From NCBI RefSeq assembly GCF_009914755.1, contig NC_060933.1: a stretch of 64,000 nucleotides of DNA. The stretch is one strand, 5' to 3'. The stretch is from the human T2T-CHM13v2.0 reference genome, Homo sapiens. Made by a program: the position numbers and the translations under genes. Of the stretch, positions 1 through 17,120 are shown piece by piece. How positions within the stretch are numbered: the first letter of the stretch is position 1; every line of letters begins with the position of its first letter. The notes below the pieces were generated by a model. That model saw only the letters and a list, made by a program, of their open reading frames with translations, searched no databases and had not been told where the DNA came from.

Positions 1-889
1 TTCTTGTGCTGACATCAGTCATTGAGTTCTCTACAAATCTTCTGGCCTAATTTCTTAACTATCTCTTGTATCCCCTACTAGTATGTAAACTCTTTGAAGG
101 TAAAAATTTTTCTTTGTTTCTTCTTTTCACTCTCCAAGCTGAGTGAAGGGAAATGGAAGACATGAGAACTCATGCTTGCTAAGGAAGAAATGGGTAGCGT
201 CTCCTCAAGCTCTAAGTGTGCCTTCAAATTCTGAAACACAAACCAAAATGTGGGTGCAGGAAAGATCACACATTGGCAACAATGCAGATGAGTCATCAAA
301 TTTAGTAAGATTAGCATAGAAATGACAGAAAGGATGGCTGAGATCAGAATCTGACTCCTGTGAAAAAGATGCCAACACTAATCAAAGGGTTGAAAAGGAC
401 ACAAGGCAGGAAGGAATAAGTCAAGATCAGAGCTAGCAGGAACTAAAAGGGAAGACGGCAGAGAAATAAAATTTGAAAGATAGGGCCACAGTGTGCAGAC
501 AGCTCTCTGCTGAGGTCCACCTCTTTTGACGACAAAGTCCACTCAGCCATCATTGCTGAATTGTGGTGATGGCCACCCAAAAGCACGATAAGTTGCATGT
601 CTTCAGAGTTTATATGAAATTCCAGTTTTAAGGATGAAAATCTTAAAGACTACATCGATTCACTATTCCTCTATTTAATGTGCTGAAACAATTACAGAGA
701 CTATGAAATGACTATGACCAAGAGGATAGAAGAACCTGTCCTCCAGGTATGTGAACAATCTATGAAGATATTCGCTTTGTTTCCAATATGTATCTTTGAC
801 TTTTTTATAGTAATAAGGGTGAAAATGGGTAGAAATTTCCTGAAAGTGGAAAAAACACTTAAGGAAGTAGAGAAATTGAATACCTGGGT

Positions 890-1090
890 CAACACTGTCT
901 ATAGAGCCTTCTGTGATTATGGAAATCTTCTGTATCTGCCCTGTCCAATCACTGTGCTGGCCACTAGACGCATGTGGTTATTGAACACTTGTAATGTGAC
1001 TGAAGAGGAACTGATTTTCTTTTAATTTTCTCTAATTCTAATTAACTTAAATAGACACATGTGGCCAGTGGCTCCCATATTGGACAGTGA
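890..1090 (+). mobile_element. MER3 DNA transposon fossil (hAT-Charlie family)
   Basis: Matches the recalled MER3 consensus: ctgtccaat...ggccactagacgcatgtggttattgaacactt...cacatgtggccagtggctcccatattggacagtg, with inverted termini ctgtc(c/t)a / tggacag. Confidence 0.8.
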
Positions 1091-1879
1091 TAACCTAATC
1101 ATCATCTAAAAGGATGAAGAGAAAACAAATAATGAGGTTGAAGGAAGAGAATAAAAAAGAAAAATAATGACTAAATTGAGAAAGTGATGAGAATGGGCAA
1201 CAAAGGTAGTCAGTAGAAGGAAAGAGTGAACAAGACCATCTAGGAGATCTGTTTTTATTTAAAAGAAGATTTGTTGCCAGGAAATAGATCAGCCTAAGAC
1301 CAGAGTTAAAAGAGCTTAGCTAGGAGAGGTGAGATTGGCAAGAGGCCTTGTCAGGAAACATCAACTAGTTTCTACAATCTGGAAGAATGTTGAGCTAAGA
1401 ATTCCTTCTATGTTCAATTTCTAGGATCCTAAATAAAGCCATGTGCACTGTCTGTTTCAATTTTAGATTGGGCCAAGGAATATCCCTACAAGTCACTTTA
1501 TTTGATGCTACTTTCTAAGGAATGGCAGTTCTCATTCTTTGAAAGACAACTCTGACTAGCTGGGTCTTAAGTCCAAAAAATAAGACAAAAATTAACAAAT
1601 GCTGGCAAGGATGTGGAGAAAACGGAACTCTTATACACTGTTGATGGAAATGTAAACTAGTACAGCCACTATGAATAACAGTATGGAGGTTCCTCAAAAA
1701 ACTACAAATATTATAGAAAGACCATATGATACAGCAATCCTACTACTGGGCATTTGTCCAAAAGAAATCAAATCAGTATATCAAAAAGACATCTGCAGTG
1801 TCCTGTTTCCTGCAGCACTATTCTCAATAGCCAAGATATGGAATCAAAGTGTCCAACAACAGATGAATGGATAAAGAAA

Positions 1880-1885
<6 letters not shown>

Positions 1886-1928
<43 letters not shown>
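1886..1928. repeat. (AT)n microsatellite, about 21 units
   Basis: Perfect alternating AT run read directly. Confidence 0.95.
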
Positions 1929-1935
<7 letters not shown>

Positions 1936-2056
1936 ATATAATGGAATACTATTCAGCCATAAAAAAGAATGCAATCCTATCAATTGCAACAACATGGATG
2001 GAACTAGAGAACATTATTTTAAGTCAAATAAGCCAGGAACAAAAAGTTAAACACCA

Positions 2057-2349
2057 GCCAGGCATGGTGGCTCACGCCCGTAATCCCAGCAATTTGGGAG
2101 GCCGAGGTGGGCAGACCATGAGGTCAGGAAATCGGGACAATCCTGGCTAACACAGTGAAACCCCGTCTCTACTAAAAAATACAAAAAATTAGCTGGGCAT
2201 GGTGGTGGGCACCTGTAGTCCCAGCTACTTGGGAGGCTGAGGCAAGAGAATGGGGTCAACCCCAGAGGCAGAGCTTGCAGTCAGCCGAGATCATGCCACT
2301 GCACTCCAGCCTGGGTGACAATGAGACTCTGTCTCAAAAAAAAAAAAAA
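2057..2349 (+). mobile_element. Alu (AluY/Sc-like) inserted in the L1MA
   Basis: Dimeric Alu with poly-A; perfect 16-bp TSD aaaaagttaaacacca at 2041-2056 and 2350-2365. Confidence 0.95.
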
Positions 2350-3892
2350 AAAAAGTTAAACACCACATGTTCTCACTCATGCGGAAGCTGAAAATGTTTA
2401 TCTCTTAGAAATAAAAAGTAAAACAGAGGATACCATAGGGTGGAAAAGAGGGATAGGGAGAGATTTGTTAAAAGATACAAAACTACGGCTAAATAGGAGG
2501 TATAAGTTCAAGTGTTCTATAGCATTGTAGAATGACTATGGCTAACTATAATATATTTTATAGTTTCAAATAGCTAGAATGAAGATATTGAATGTTCCCA
2601 ACACAAAAAAGATAAATGTTTCAGATGATGTATATTCTAATTGTCCTGGTCTGATCACTATATATTACATGTATTGAAACATCACTATGTACCCCATAAA
2701 TATGTACAATTTGTATATATCAATTTTTAAAATTAGAAAATAAATAAATTTTATATCAAGAGATAATATTCATCCTTGAATATTATTGCATTTCATTGAT
2801 TTACTGACTGTAGATGTTTGTGGAATTTTGTCCATACATACACAGAAAAGCAAATAGCTTCACTTCTCATTTAAGAAATGGGGAACTCTTAACACAAGTG
2901 CGTAAACCAAACAAACCAATCCACTTTTCTCCTGTTCAGTTAGAGACATTTTTCTGAACACTTGGAGACTCCACTGAGGTTATTAAAAACTTCAAGGGAG
3001 GGGAAGTACCTGCAGAAGAAGAGCAGAAGAAACGTGCTTTCTTTTTTCTTTAAACATGGGAAGTTGCTCCCAGACTAAGTCATTGCATTGCTTGATTTGC
3101 ACCTTCCCCTTATGTAGGCAATGCCTATCTGACTATCATGCTTATGTATTATACAAAAAAGCTACCCAGTGGAGCAAAAATAACTAGTATCTTCAATGAG
3201 TTAAAACATTTAGAAAGCCTTTCCACAGCAATTAGCTCCATGATCCCCAGATCATCCTTATTTTGCCGAAAAGACAACTAAGACCCACAAGATATGGTGG
3301 TCTGCACAAGGCTGCCCAGATGACGGGCAAGAGCAGCCCAGGTTTCCTTCAGCCAAATCCTACTTGAATGCACTTAACCCAGGACCTGACTTGTAAGGAA
3401 CTGACTGTTTCCTTCCTCAAGACCATGTACACAGCAGAATTCATACTTCTCAGGCCAAAGGAAAGTTTCCACAATACAATACCTGAAAACCAGGCAGGTC
3501 AAGAGCCATCAATGCATTTAGATACTCACTGTCAAGTTTACTCTTATATGAGGCACACATCTCCCAAATGTTGGCCAGAGGAGAGAACAGAACGATTGTT
3601 AAGTAGGTGCAAGAAATGTTACAAATCAAAAATCTGAAGTGGACTTTTTAGGTCCAAATTAGTGAGTGGTTGATAAGAAAAGCTGCCACGTTCTTACTAT
3701 ATGTGGGACAATGAGCTCAGAGTTTTATAAGCAGTTTTCACAAAAAATAAAAAAATTACAAGTTGATTCTGTAGTAGCTATGGTGACTCTCCAACATTTA
3801 TTTCTCTTGAGATGACTGATTTGCAACCATCACGATAATTCTATCCTCACTACTCGTCATTACTTTGGGAATAAGCTGCTAACCCGGTAGCC

Positions 3893-4180
3893 TTTTGTTT
3901 TGTTGTGTCGTGTTTGTTTTAGAAACAGCCTTGCACTGTCACCAGCCCTAGCTCACTGCAACCTCAAACTCCTGGGCCCAAGTGATCCTCCCACCTCAGC
4001 CCCCTGAGTAGGTAGGACTATAGGCATGCACCATCACATCCAGATAATTTTATTTTTGTTTGTGGATACAGGGTCTCACTATGTTGCCCAGGCTGGTCTC
4101 AAACATCTAGCCTTAAGTGATCCTCCCACCTTGGCCTCCCAAAGTGCTGGGATTACTGATATAAGCCAATACACCCAGCC
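3893..4180 (-). mobile_element. Alu (AluJ-like)
   Basis: Reverse-strand Alu: cagggtctcactatgttgcccaggctggtctc...cctcccaaagtgctgggatta. Confidence 0.9.
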
Positions 4181-5075
4181 ATACCAGCGGTCTTGAAATA
4201 AAATTTCCTTCACTCTTAAGAGACACTGGAAAATGCGGCCCTCTGAAAATGAGAGTTTTCCTCTGAAAGAAGTCAACCCTGAAGATGGTAACACTAAAAG
4301 ATGGAAAGAACATCACTGTGTCATTGAATCTCTCACAACCCTGGAATCCACTGTGCCTTTGAACTTTTCATTATGTAAAATAATCAATTATTTTATTATC
4401 AAAACATCTGTTATTTATAGCCAAAATCATCCCAACTCATATATTCTATCAGTCTCATTTAAAGAAAAGAAAACTGATGCTTGAAGACATTAAGCAATCA
4501 AATCACATAGGTAGTAAATAGCCAAGTTGGGATTTGAGAACAGATCCTTCTGATTTCAAAGCCTAAGATCTTAACCACAAAATGAACTGAACCTATTTTC
4601 TTAAGTTTCCAGAAATTGTTGGCCACTATCATTCCAAAAATATTTTTAATTCACAGTAGAAAAGTGCCAGACTTAACAAAAAATTATTTGACTAATTATG
4701 TTTTTAGATTTATTAACCCTGATCCTCATGTATTACTCTTTTTTTCCTATTCAAATACTCATGCACACCCTCAAGGAACTCAACACCAAATACAGTGAGT
4801 GCAGCAGTTCTCAATTCCTTTTGTATTTTTTATTTTTAAACACAAGAATATATTTTTAAATACTGGATATATTTTTAAATACTAGAAATCTGGGCATGGA
4901 GGGTTTAGGTTTCCTCCATCAGTCACAAAGCACTGTCGAACTGTTGGGTAAAGCATGGGCTGCTCTGGCGTGACATAAATTTCTGATCTTTATCCATTTC
5001 TGGTCTGCTATTGACAATATTTAGCTCTCTTTGCAGCAACTAACACCCTGCTTTAGACCACATTGCATAATTTAC

Positions 5076-5447
5076 TGATATGGTTTGGCTGTGTCCCCAC
5101 CCAAATCTCATCTTGAATTGTAACTCCTATAATTCTCACATGTTGTGGAAGGGACCTAGTGGGAGATAACTGAATCATGGGGTTGGTTCCCCCATATTGT
5201 TCTTGTGGTAGTGAATAAGTCTCATAAGTCTCATGAGATCTGATGGTTTTATAAGGGGAAACCCCTTTTGCTTGGCTCTCATTTTCTCTCTTGTCTGCCG
5301 CCATATAAGACATGCCTTTTGCTTTCTGCCATGATTGTGAGGCCTCCCCAGCCACATAGAATTGTGAGTCTTTTAAACCTCTTTTTCTTTACAAATTACC
5401 CAGTCTTGGATATGTCTTTATCAGTAGTGTGAAAATGAACTAATACA
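5076..5447 (+). mobile_element. THE1 (B/C-like) MaLR solo LTR
   Basis: Begins tgatatggtttggctgtgtccccacccaaatctc and ends ctaataca (TG...CA); near-perfect 5-bp TSD tttac (5071-5075) / cttac (5448-5452). Confidence 0.92.
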
Positions 5448-5496
5448 CTTACTCAACTCAATGTACCTTCTTACACATTGTAATAAATGAGTGTAA

Positions 5497-5816
<320 letters not shown>

Positions 5817-6026
5817 TCAGTTACAGCAAAAATAAGCTTTACACTTGGACCCACACTTGATAGTACACCAGGAAAGGGTTCATGGTGTAGGATGTAGCTG
5901 TCAATTTTAACGCAATAGTCAAATACCTATCTGGTTAAAAAGAAAGATTTGTCAAAACTAATTACAGTAATGTCTAAGGAAATTCAAGATGAGGGTTCTT
6001 CTTGAAGGATTATCAGAGAAAGCTTT

Positions 6027-6495
<469 letters not shown>

Positions 6496-7561
6496 TTAGG
6501 GTTGCCCAGTGAAGCCGCGTATAACTTCTAATAGGAGAGAGACTCAGTCAGTCCCTTCTCATCAAAGAAATGAGAGCTTGATAAGGATGTCTATGAACTT
6601 TAAGGTAAAAATTATGGTAATTATTATTGCTTCTAGACATATAACACATATCACAATTTAAAAGAAATTTTACATATATTATCTAAGTTGCCATTTACAA
6701 CAGCTCTTATTATTATTTACACTCTACTGATGAGGAAACCAAATTTCAGAAAGATTGTCTGGCTTGCCAATGATTACACAGCAAATATTCAGCTAAAATT
6801 GCAAGTAAAATGCTCTTTCCATCAGATCACCAGCATCACCTCTGAGTATGTGTAAGCTCAAGACCATGGGGAAATTAACATGTATATTTTCATTGATGCC
6901 AATGAGCACAGCATAATTATTGAGTAAATCAAGCATTGGGGAAAATTTTACATTTTTTTCTTTCTAGCTTATACTTTCCCAAACTGTGGTCTTATAATTT
7001 AAAAACAAAAATTAGGAACATAGTGAATGCATCTGAGATGTAAATGGTGATATCTCTCTATATTTCAAAACTATTCTTTATTGCATATTTAAGAGTACTT
7101 ATTGCTTTCTTGACTGTAAAGTAATTTATACTCATTTTATAAAATTTCGGGGGTGAAAGCTCACTTTAATTTAATCATCTGTTAATATTGCATTAATGCA
7201 TTTTTTTGCTTCTATGCATATATATATGTATGTATTTACCTCATGAGCCACCAATTTTTTTCTCAGATTGCTCATCAACAGAAGTGGAAGAAAAGACAAG
7301 CAAACCATGTTAGTTATATAAAACACTTCATGCTGAACAAGCCACAAGCTAGGATTGCTAGGATTGCTCCAAATCTCACTGTTGAAGCAAATAGAGTATA
7401 ACAAGGAGACCTTGTTCAACTGAAGATATCTAAACATTAAGAGCATATCTGGTGGGTCACTGTTCCAAGATAGTCAAATAGTAAAAGCTCTGGTCTGCAG
7501 CTCCCTGCATGATCAACGCAGAAGATGGGTGATTTCTGCATTTCCAACTGAGGTACCTGGT

Positions 7562-7894
7562 TCATCTCATTAGGACTGGTTGGACAGTGGGTGCAGCCCA
7601 TGGAGGGCAAGCCCAAGCAGGGCAGGGCATCACCTCACCCAGGAAGTGCAAGGGGTCAGGGGATTTCCCTTTCCTAGCCAAGGGAAGCTGTAACAGACTG
7701 TAGCTGGAAAACCGGGACACTTCTGCCCAAATACTGCACTTTTGCAATGGTCTTAGCAAACGGCACACCAGGAGATTATATCCCACACCTGGCTCGGTGG
7801 GTCCCATGCCCACCGAGCCTTGCTCACTGCTAGCACAGCAGTCTGAGATCAACCTGTGAGGCAGCAGCCTGGCAGGGGGAGGGGCATCTGCCAT
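7562..7894 (-). CDS. LINE-1 ORF0 homologue (antisense ORF in the L1 5' UTR), 110 aa; translation unproven
   Basis: MADAPPPARLLPHRLISDCCAS...GPTEPGVGYNLLV aligns to L1HS ORF0 (MAGAPPPASLPPCSLISDCCAS...GPSEPGVGYSLVV); ATG in gcaATGG context. Confidence 0.5.
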   Translation of the reverse strand: MADAPPPARLLPHRLISDCCASSEQGSVGMGPTEPGVGYNLLVCRLLRPLQKCSIWAEVSRFSSYSLLQLPLARKGKSPDPLHFLGEVMPCPAWACPPWAAPTVQPVLMR

Positions 7895-8475
7895 TGCTGA
7901 GGCTTGAGTAGGTAAACAAAGTGGCCAGGGAAGCTTGAACTGGGCGGAGCCCACCGCAGCTCAGCAGGGCCCACTGCCTCTGTAGACTCCACCTCTGGGG
8001 GCAGGGCATAGCTGAACAAAAGGCAGCAGAAACTTATGCAGACTTAAACGTTCCAGTGTGACAGCTCTGAAGAGAGCAGTGGTTCTCCCAGCAAGGTGTT
8101 TGAGCTCTGAGAACAGACAGAGTGCCTCCTCAAGTGGGTCCCTGACTCCCACGTAGCCTAACTGGGAGACATCTCCCAGTAGGGGCCAACTGACACCTCA
8201 CACAGGTGGGTGCCCCTCTGGGACAAAGCTTCCAGATATTTGTTGTTCTGCAATATTTGCTGTCCTGCAGCCTCTGCTGGTGATACCCAGGCAAACAGGG
8301 TCTGGAGTGGACCTCCAGCAAACTCCAACAGACTGCAGCTGAGGGACCTGACCATTAGAAGGAAAAATAACAAACAGAAAGTAATAGCATCAACATCAAC
8401 AAAAAGGACATGCACACCAAAACCCCATCTGTAGGTCACCAACATCAAAGACCAAAGGCAGATCAAACTACAAAA

Positions 8476-9500
8476 ATGGGGAGAAACCAGAGCAGAAAAG
8501 CTGAAAATTCTAAAAACCAGAACGCCTCTTCTCCTCCAAAGGATCGCAGCTCCTCGCCAGCAGTGAAACAAAGTTGGACAGAGAATGAGTTTGATGAGTT
8601 GACAGAAGTAGGCTTCAGAAGGTCGGTAAGAACAAACTTCTCTGATCTAAAGGAGGATGTTCAAACCCATCACAAGGAAGCTAAAAACCTTGAAAAAAGA
8701 TTAGACAAATGGCTAACTAGAATAAACAGTATAGAGAAGACCTTAAAAGACCTGATGGAGCTGAAAACCATGGCACAAGAACTACTGACACATGCACAAG
8801 CTTCAATAGCCAATTCGATTAAGTGGAAGCAAGGGTATCAGTGATTGAAGATCAAATTAATGAAATAAAGTGAGAAGAGAAGTCTAGAGAAAAAAGAGTA
8901 AAAAGAAACGAACAAAACCTCCAAGAAATATGGGACTATGTGAAAAGACTAAATCTAGGTTTGATTTGTGTATCTGAAAGTGACGAGGAGAATGGAACCA
9001 AGTCGGAAAACACTCTGCAGGATATTATCCAGGAGAACTTCCCCAACCTAGCAAAACAGGCCAACATTCAAATTCAGGAAATACAGAGAACACCACAAAG
9101 ATACTCCTCAAGAAGAGCAACACCAAGACACATAATTGTCAGATTCACCGAGGTTGAAATGAAGGAAAAAATGTTAAGGGCAGCCAGAGAGAAAGGTCGG
9201 GTTACCCACAAAGGGAAGCCCATCAGACTAATAGCGGATCTCTCAGCAGAAATTCTACAGGCCAGAAGAGAGTGGGGGCCCATATTCAACATTCTTAAAG
9301 AAAAGAATTTTCAGTCCAGAATTTCATATCCAGCCAAACTAAGCTTCATAAGTGAATGAGAAATAAAATCCTTTACAGAGCAGCAAATGCTATGAGATTT
9401 TGTCACCACCAGGCCTGGCTTACAAGAGTTCCTGAAGGAAGCACTAAACATGGAAAGGAACAACTGGTACCAGCCACTGCAAAAACATGCCAAATTGTAA
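8476..9500 (+). pseudogene. L1 ORF1p remnant (frameshifts and stops)
   Basis: Starts MGRNQSRKAENSKNQ; later fragment ENTLQDIIQENFPNLAKQANIQIQEIQRTPQRYSSRRATPRHIIVRF; broken into several ORFs. Confidence 0.93.
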
Positions 9501-9563
9501 AGACCATCAATGCTAGGAAGAAACTGTATCAACTAATGGGCCAAATAACCAGCTAACATCATA

Positions 9564-13388
<3,825 letters not shown>

Positions 13389-16096
13389 ACAATGAGAACA
13401 CTTGGACACAGGGCGGGGAACATCATACACACAACAACACACACACCCACACACACCTGTCATGGGGTTGGGGGCAGGGGGAGGGATAGAATTAGGAGAA
13501 ATAACTAATGTAAATGATGAGTTAATGGGTGCAGCAAACCAACATGGCACATGTATACCTATGTAACAAACCTGCACATTATGCACATGTACCCTAGAAC
13601 TTAAAGTATAATAAAAAAATAAAAATAAAAAAAGAGAGCATATCTAAGTTGCTGGTCTTTCTCAAACCCAGGAATACCAATGGGATATAACAAAGTGAAT
13701 GGTAAGAAAGTCACTTTGAGACATGATCTTAAAGAAAATCACAGTTTTGTGGTCCCAGCAAAGATGAACTCTCTTCATGAGTCTAAGATTCCAGAAAGTT
13801 TAACTACCACTTGCTGGTCCCCATAACCCAAACTGAATGTTATGTCTATGTTCCCCACAATATACAGTCAGAATGCATTAAGATACAAGTGTGAACAATG
13901 AAACTTAGGACCATGAAGATGGTGGTCAGTAGGAAAATCAGAAAGCAAGATGCCATGCCTAGAATCAGCAAAAAACGAAAGCTAACACCCTCTTATCCAT
14001 GCTCCCTACGAAGTACAAAATCTTAAAGGAGGACCACTAGGATGTTGTTCTGAAAGATACATGATCATCACTTGAAATAAACAAGTTAATCCATGAATTA
14101 TCTTATCTACTCCAATTGGATATATCACTCCCCCGACCACACCTACATGGGAATGACTGCTATATATACCCTGTCTCTGTGCTTACCTAAGCGTCATCTA
14201 ACTTCTGCAATTAATGCAGCTTCCAGCCTCAAAATCTGGCTCCTACTCAAAATGTGCAAAGGTCCAATCCCTACCCTTCATAGCAAAATTATCTGGTATC
14301 AGTGGTTGTAAAATAAAACAATTTTCATGGGACTTATCTATGTTAAAAACATTATTCATCTTTTAAAGATGTCAGCTCTGGAAACCTTTGAAGTTCATCA
14401 TTTATCTTCATGTGATATTTCCAATCACTTAAGGAATAAGTAGAAATGTATTGATCACTTATATGCCAAGCATTCCATGAAGAGCTAAGAGGAACTACAA
14501 TAAAAGAAAGTACTATTTCTGCTCTCAACAAGCTTGCGGTCTATTAAGAAAAACATAAGTTACACAAGATACATTGGACAACGCAGTATTTGCAGTACTT
14601 ATAAGTCAGGGGAATATATAATTTAATACTGTATTGTAAAGAGGTCACTCTTATACACTAAGAAGAGGGTAAGGCCCTGTGGACCACAGGCAGAGTTGTC
14701 TAATGGAAAACATACTGAAGTCAGAACCTAAGTTCAAGTCCTGACAGCATTATTTTCTAGTTGAGTGGCCTTGGCAACCTCTTTGAGCCTTTAAACTAGA
14801 TGGCTTTGCCCCCTTCCTGCCATAAAACTCGACAACTCTCTATATCTCATCTTGAGATACAATGAAGGCAGAATAAACTTTGTATAAATAAAGAGGAACA
14901 AAAGGGCATTCAAGACAGGAACAGTGTGAATCAGAAGGAAAGTGGTAAATTGCATGTAGTGAGGAAGACCCTGAGGGGATGACAGCAATGCCTTATGGAT
15001 TCAAAGTTAACAAAAATAGACTGTGACCAAGACCAGGACTTTCATTTCCCATTTCTTCCAACCCAGAGCCTTTCATTAATACTATCAGATCAAGACATCA
15101 GAGCCCCTACCCATTCACTCCTAGACAGCCATCCAGAATGGCAACAAGTAGAATTCAGAAGGCTTCTGATCTGAGAACTTTAGTTTGGCCAAGAATCGTT
15201 TTGTTGCCTATAAAAGAAACCCACTTTTTAAGTAAAAAGGGTTTATCAAAATAACACAAGAGGATCCTATGAGGTCCAATTGTAGATTACTATAGCCAGG
15301 CCTTATGGGACCTGGAAGGTCATCAGGTACCTATTCACTCCATCTAACTCTCTGAACCACATGGCTTCTTTCTGCACATACATCTGCTTCATTCTTTTCT
15401 TCCTGTATACCAGCTTGGCCATTCTTGCCCTATACATAACATGGCCATTGCATGGACTCTGTCCCTACCTCTTCATGAGTATAGTGTCTCTGTGCCCTAG
15501 TTAGTTTTTGTGACACATTTTAAATTATAGGGAGAACTCTTCATTGACCACCAGCCAGCTGATGGAGCTATATGTTTTCTAAAATTCCTCCACTTATCAG
15601 AGGCCAATAGAACTTGTAGTACTCAGTTCTGTCCTTTCAGGACTCTAAGTTGAATAGATTAAACTAGATATTAAATAGAAGAATTTACTTACAGCAAGCA
15701 AATCAACCACAGCCTTTGCTACAGGCTACTAGGACAGCTTAGATATCTTATGGATTCAAAAGATGCGTGAACTAACCATTTATGACATAGCTTTTAGAAG
15801 AAAAAATGCTCCAAGTCACAAATTGCAACAAATTTTTGGAGCAGAATCTACTTTTAAATTGGGGGCTATCCAACATGTTTAGTTGGTAGACACTGTGTGA
15901 ACAAACATGTTGGTTTAGTTGGTAGACACTGTATGAAGAAACTGGTCAGACTGTGTCTCAACTTGATTCTACAAGGTTATACTTGCATACCACAAAATCT
16001 CTAACACACTTTAACACAAACACATGCCCTTTATGTGGAGAATAAAGGCCAATCACTTAGAAAATAATTTAAGAATGTTAGATGACTGGCTTAGAA

Positions 16097-16622
16097 CATC
16101 AGTCCCCACTCTTTTTGATACCAGGGACCGGTTTCATGGAAGACAATTTTTACACGGACCAGGGTGGGGGAATGGTTTCAGGATCATTCAAGCACATTAC
16201 ATTTATTGTATACTTTATTTCTATTATTATTACATTGTAACATATAATGAAATAATTATGAAACTCACCAGAATGTAAATCAGTGAGAACCCTAAGCCTG
16301 TTTTCCTGCAGCTAGACAGTCCCATCTGGGGGTGATGGAAGATAGTGACAGATCATCAGCCACTAAATTCTCATAAGGAGTGCTCAACTTATACCCTTTG
16401 CATGTGCAGTTCACAATAGGGTTCATGCTTCTTTGAGAATCGAATGCTGCCATTGATCTGACAGGAGGTGGAGCTCAGATGGTAATGCAAGTGATGGGGA
16501 GCGGCTATAAATACAGATGAAGCTTCACTTGCTCACCCGCTGCTCAATTCCCGCTGTGTGGCCCAGTTCCCAACAGGCCATGTACTGATGCTGGTCCATG
16601 ATCTGGGGGTTGGGAACCCCCA
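16097..16622 (+). mobile_element. MER1A DNA transposon fossil (hAT-Charlie)
   Basis: About 525 bp; termini agtcccca / ttgggaaccc; internal cagggaccggtttcatggaagacaatttt and ctgacaggaggtggagctcag; degenerate 8-bp TSD gcttagaa / atttagaa. Confidence 0.88.
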
Positions 16623-16699
16623 ATTTAGAAGAAAGTGGGGTGGCCAATCTCCCTCCATGCCATTAGAGAGAACTTCAAAAGGAGGTAACAAACTTTCGT

Positions 16700-17120
16700 T
16701 TGATGTCAATCACATGTCACAAACTGTACCAAGTGTTGGACATGCATTTTCTTCCTTAATCCTCATAAAATCCTAAGAGGAGAACATTATTAATCCCATT
16801 ATCCAGACAAAGGAACCGAGGCTCAACAAGGACAACTAACTTGTACGAAGTTTCAACAGCTTTGACAAAACCAATATTCAAAGCAGGGTCCATCAGACTC
16901 CAAAGCACATGCTCACTCATTTCCCCCTTGACTCTAGTCAGCATAGTGGTTGTGGGCACGGACTCTGAAGCTGACCTACTGGATTGCTAACCAGTCCTAT
17001 GACAGGGTACAAGGAAACCTGCACCTCAGTGTTTTCAGTAAAATAAGAGTTATTTAGAACATAGTCCCAAAAGCTGTTAGAAGGGTTGAGTTAACATATG
17101 TGAAGTGCTTTAAAAAAAAA
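16700..17120. mobile_element. Two adjacent MIR fragments in opposite orientation
   Basis: MIR core-like cccattatccagacaaaggaaccgaggctc (minus) and cacctcagtgttttcagtaaaataag...atatgtgaagtgctt (plus). Confidence 0.55.

Larger units (their letters stand above)
1575..2750 (+). mobile_element. Old L1 (L1MA-type) 3' end: ORF2 C-terminus plus 3' UTR, interrupted by (AT)n and an Alu
   Basis: L1 3' motifs aacaaatgctggcaaggatgtggagaa and atggaatactattcagccataaaaaagaat; ORF fragments MEYYSAIKKN and [15 protein letters not shown]; 3' UTR ending tgtaccccataaatatgtacaat with an A-rich tail. Confidence 0.85.
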
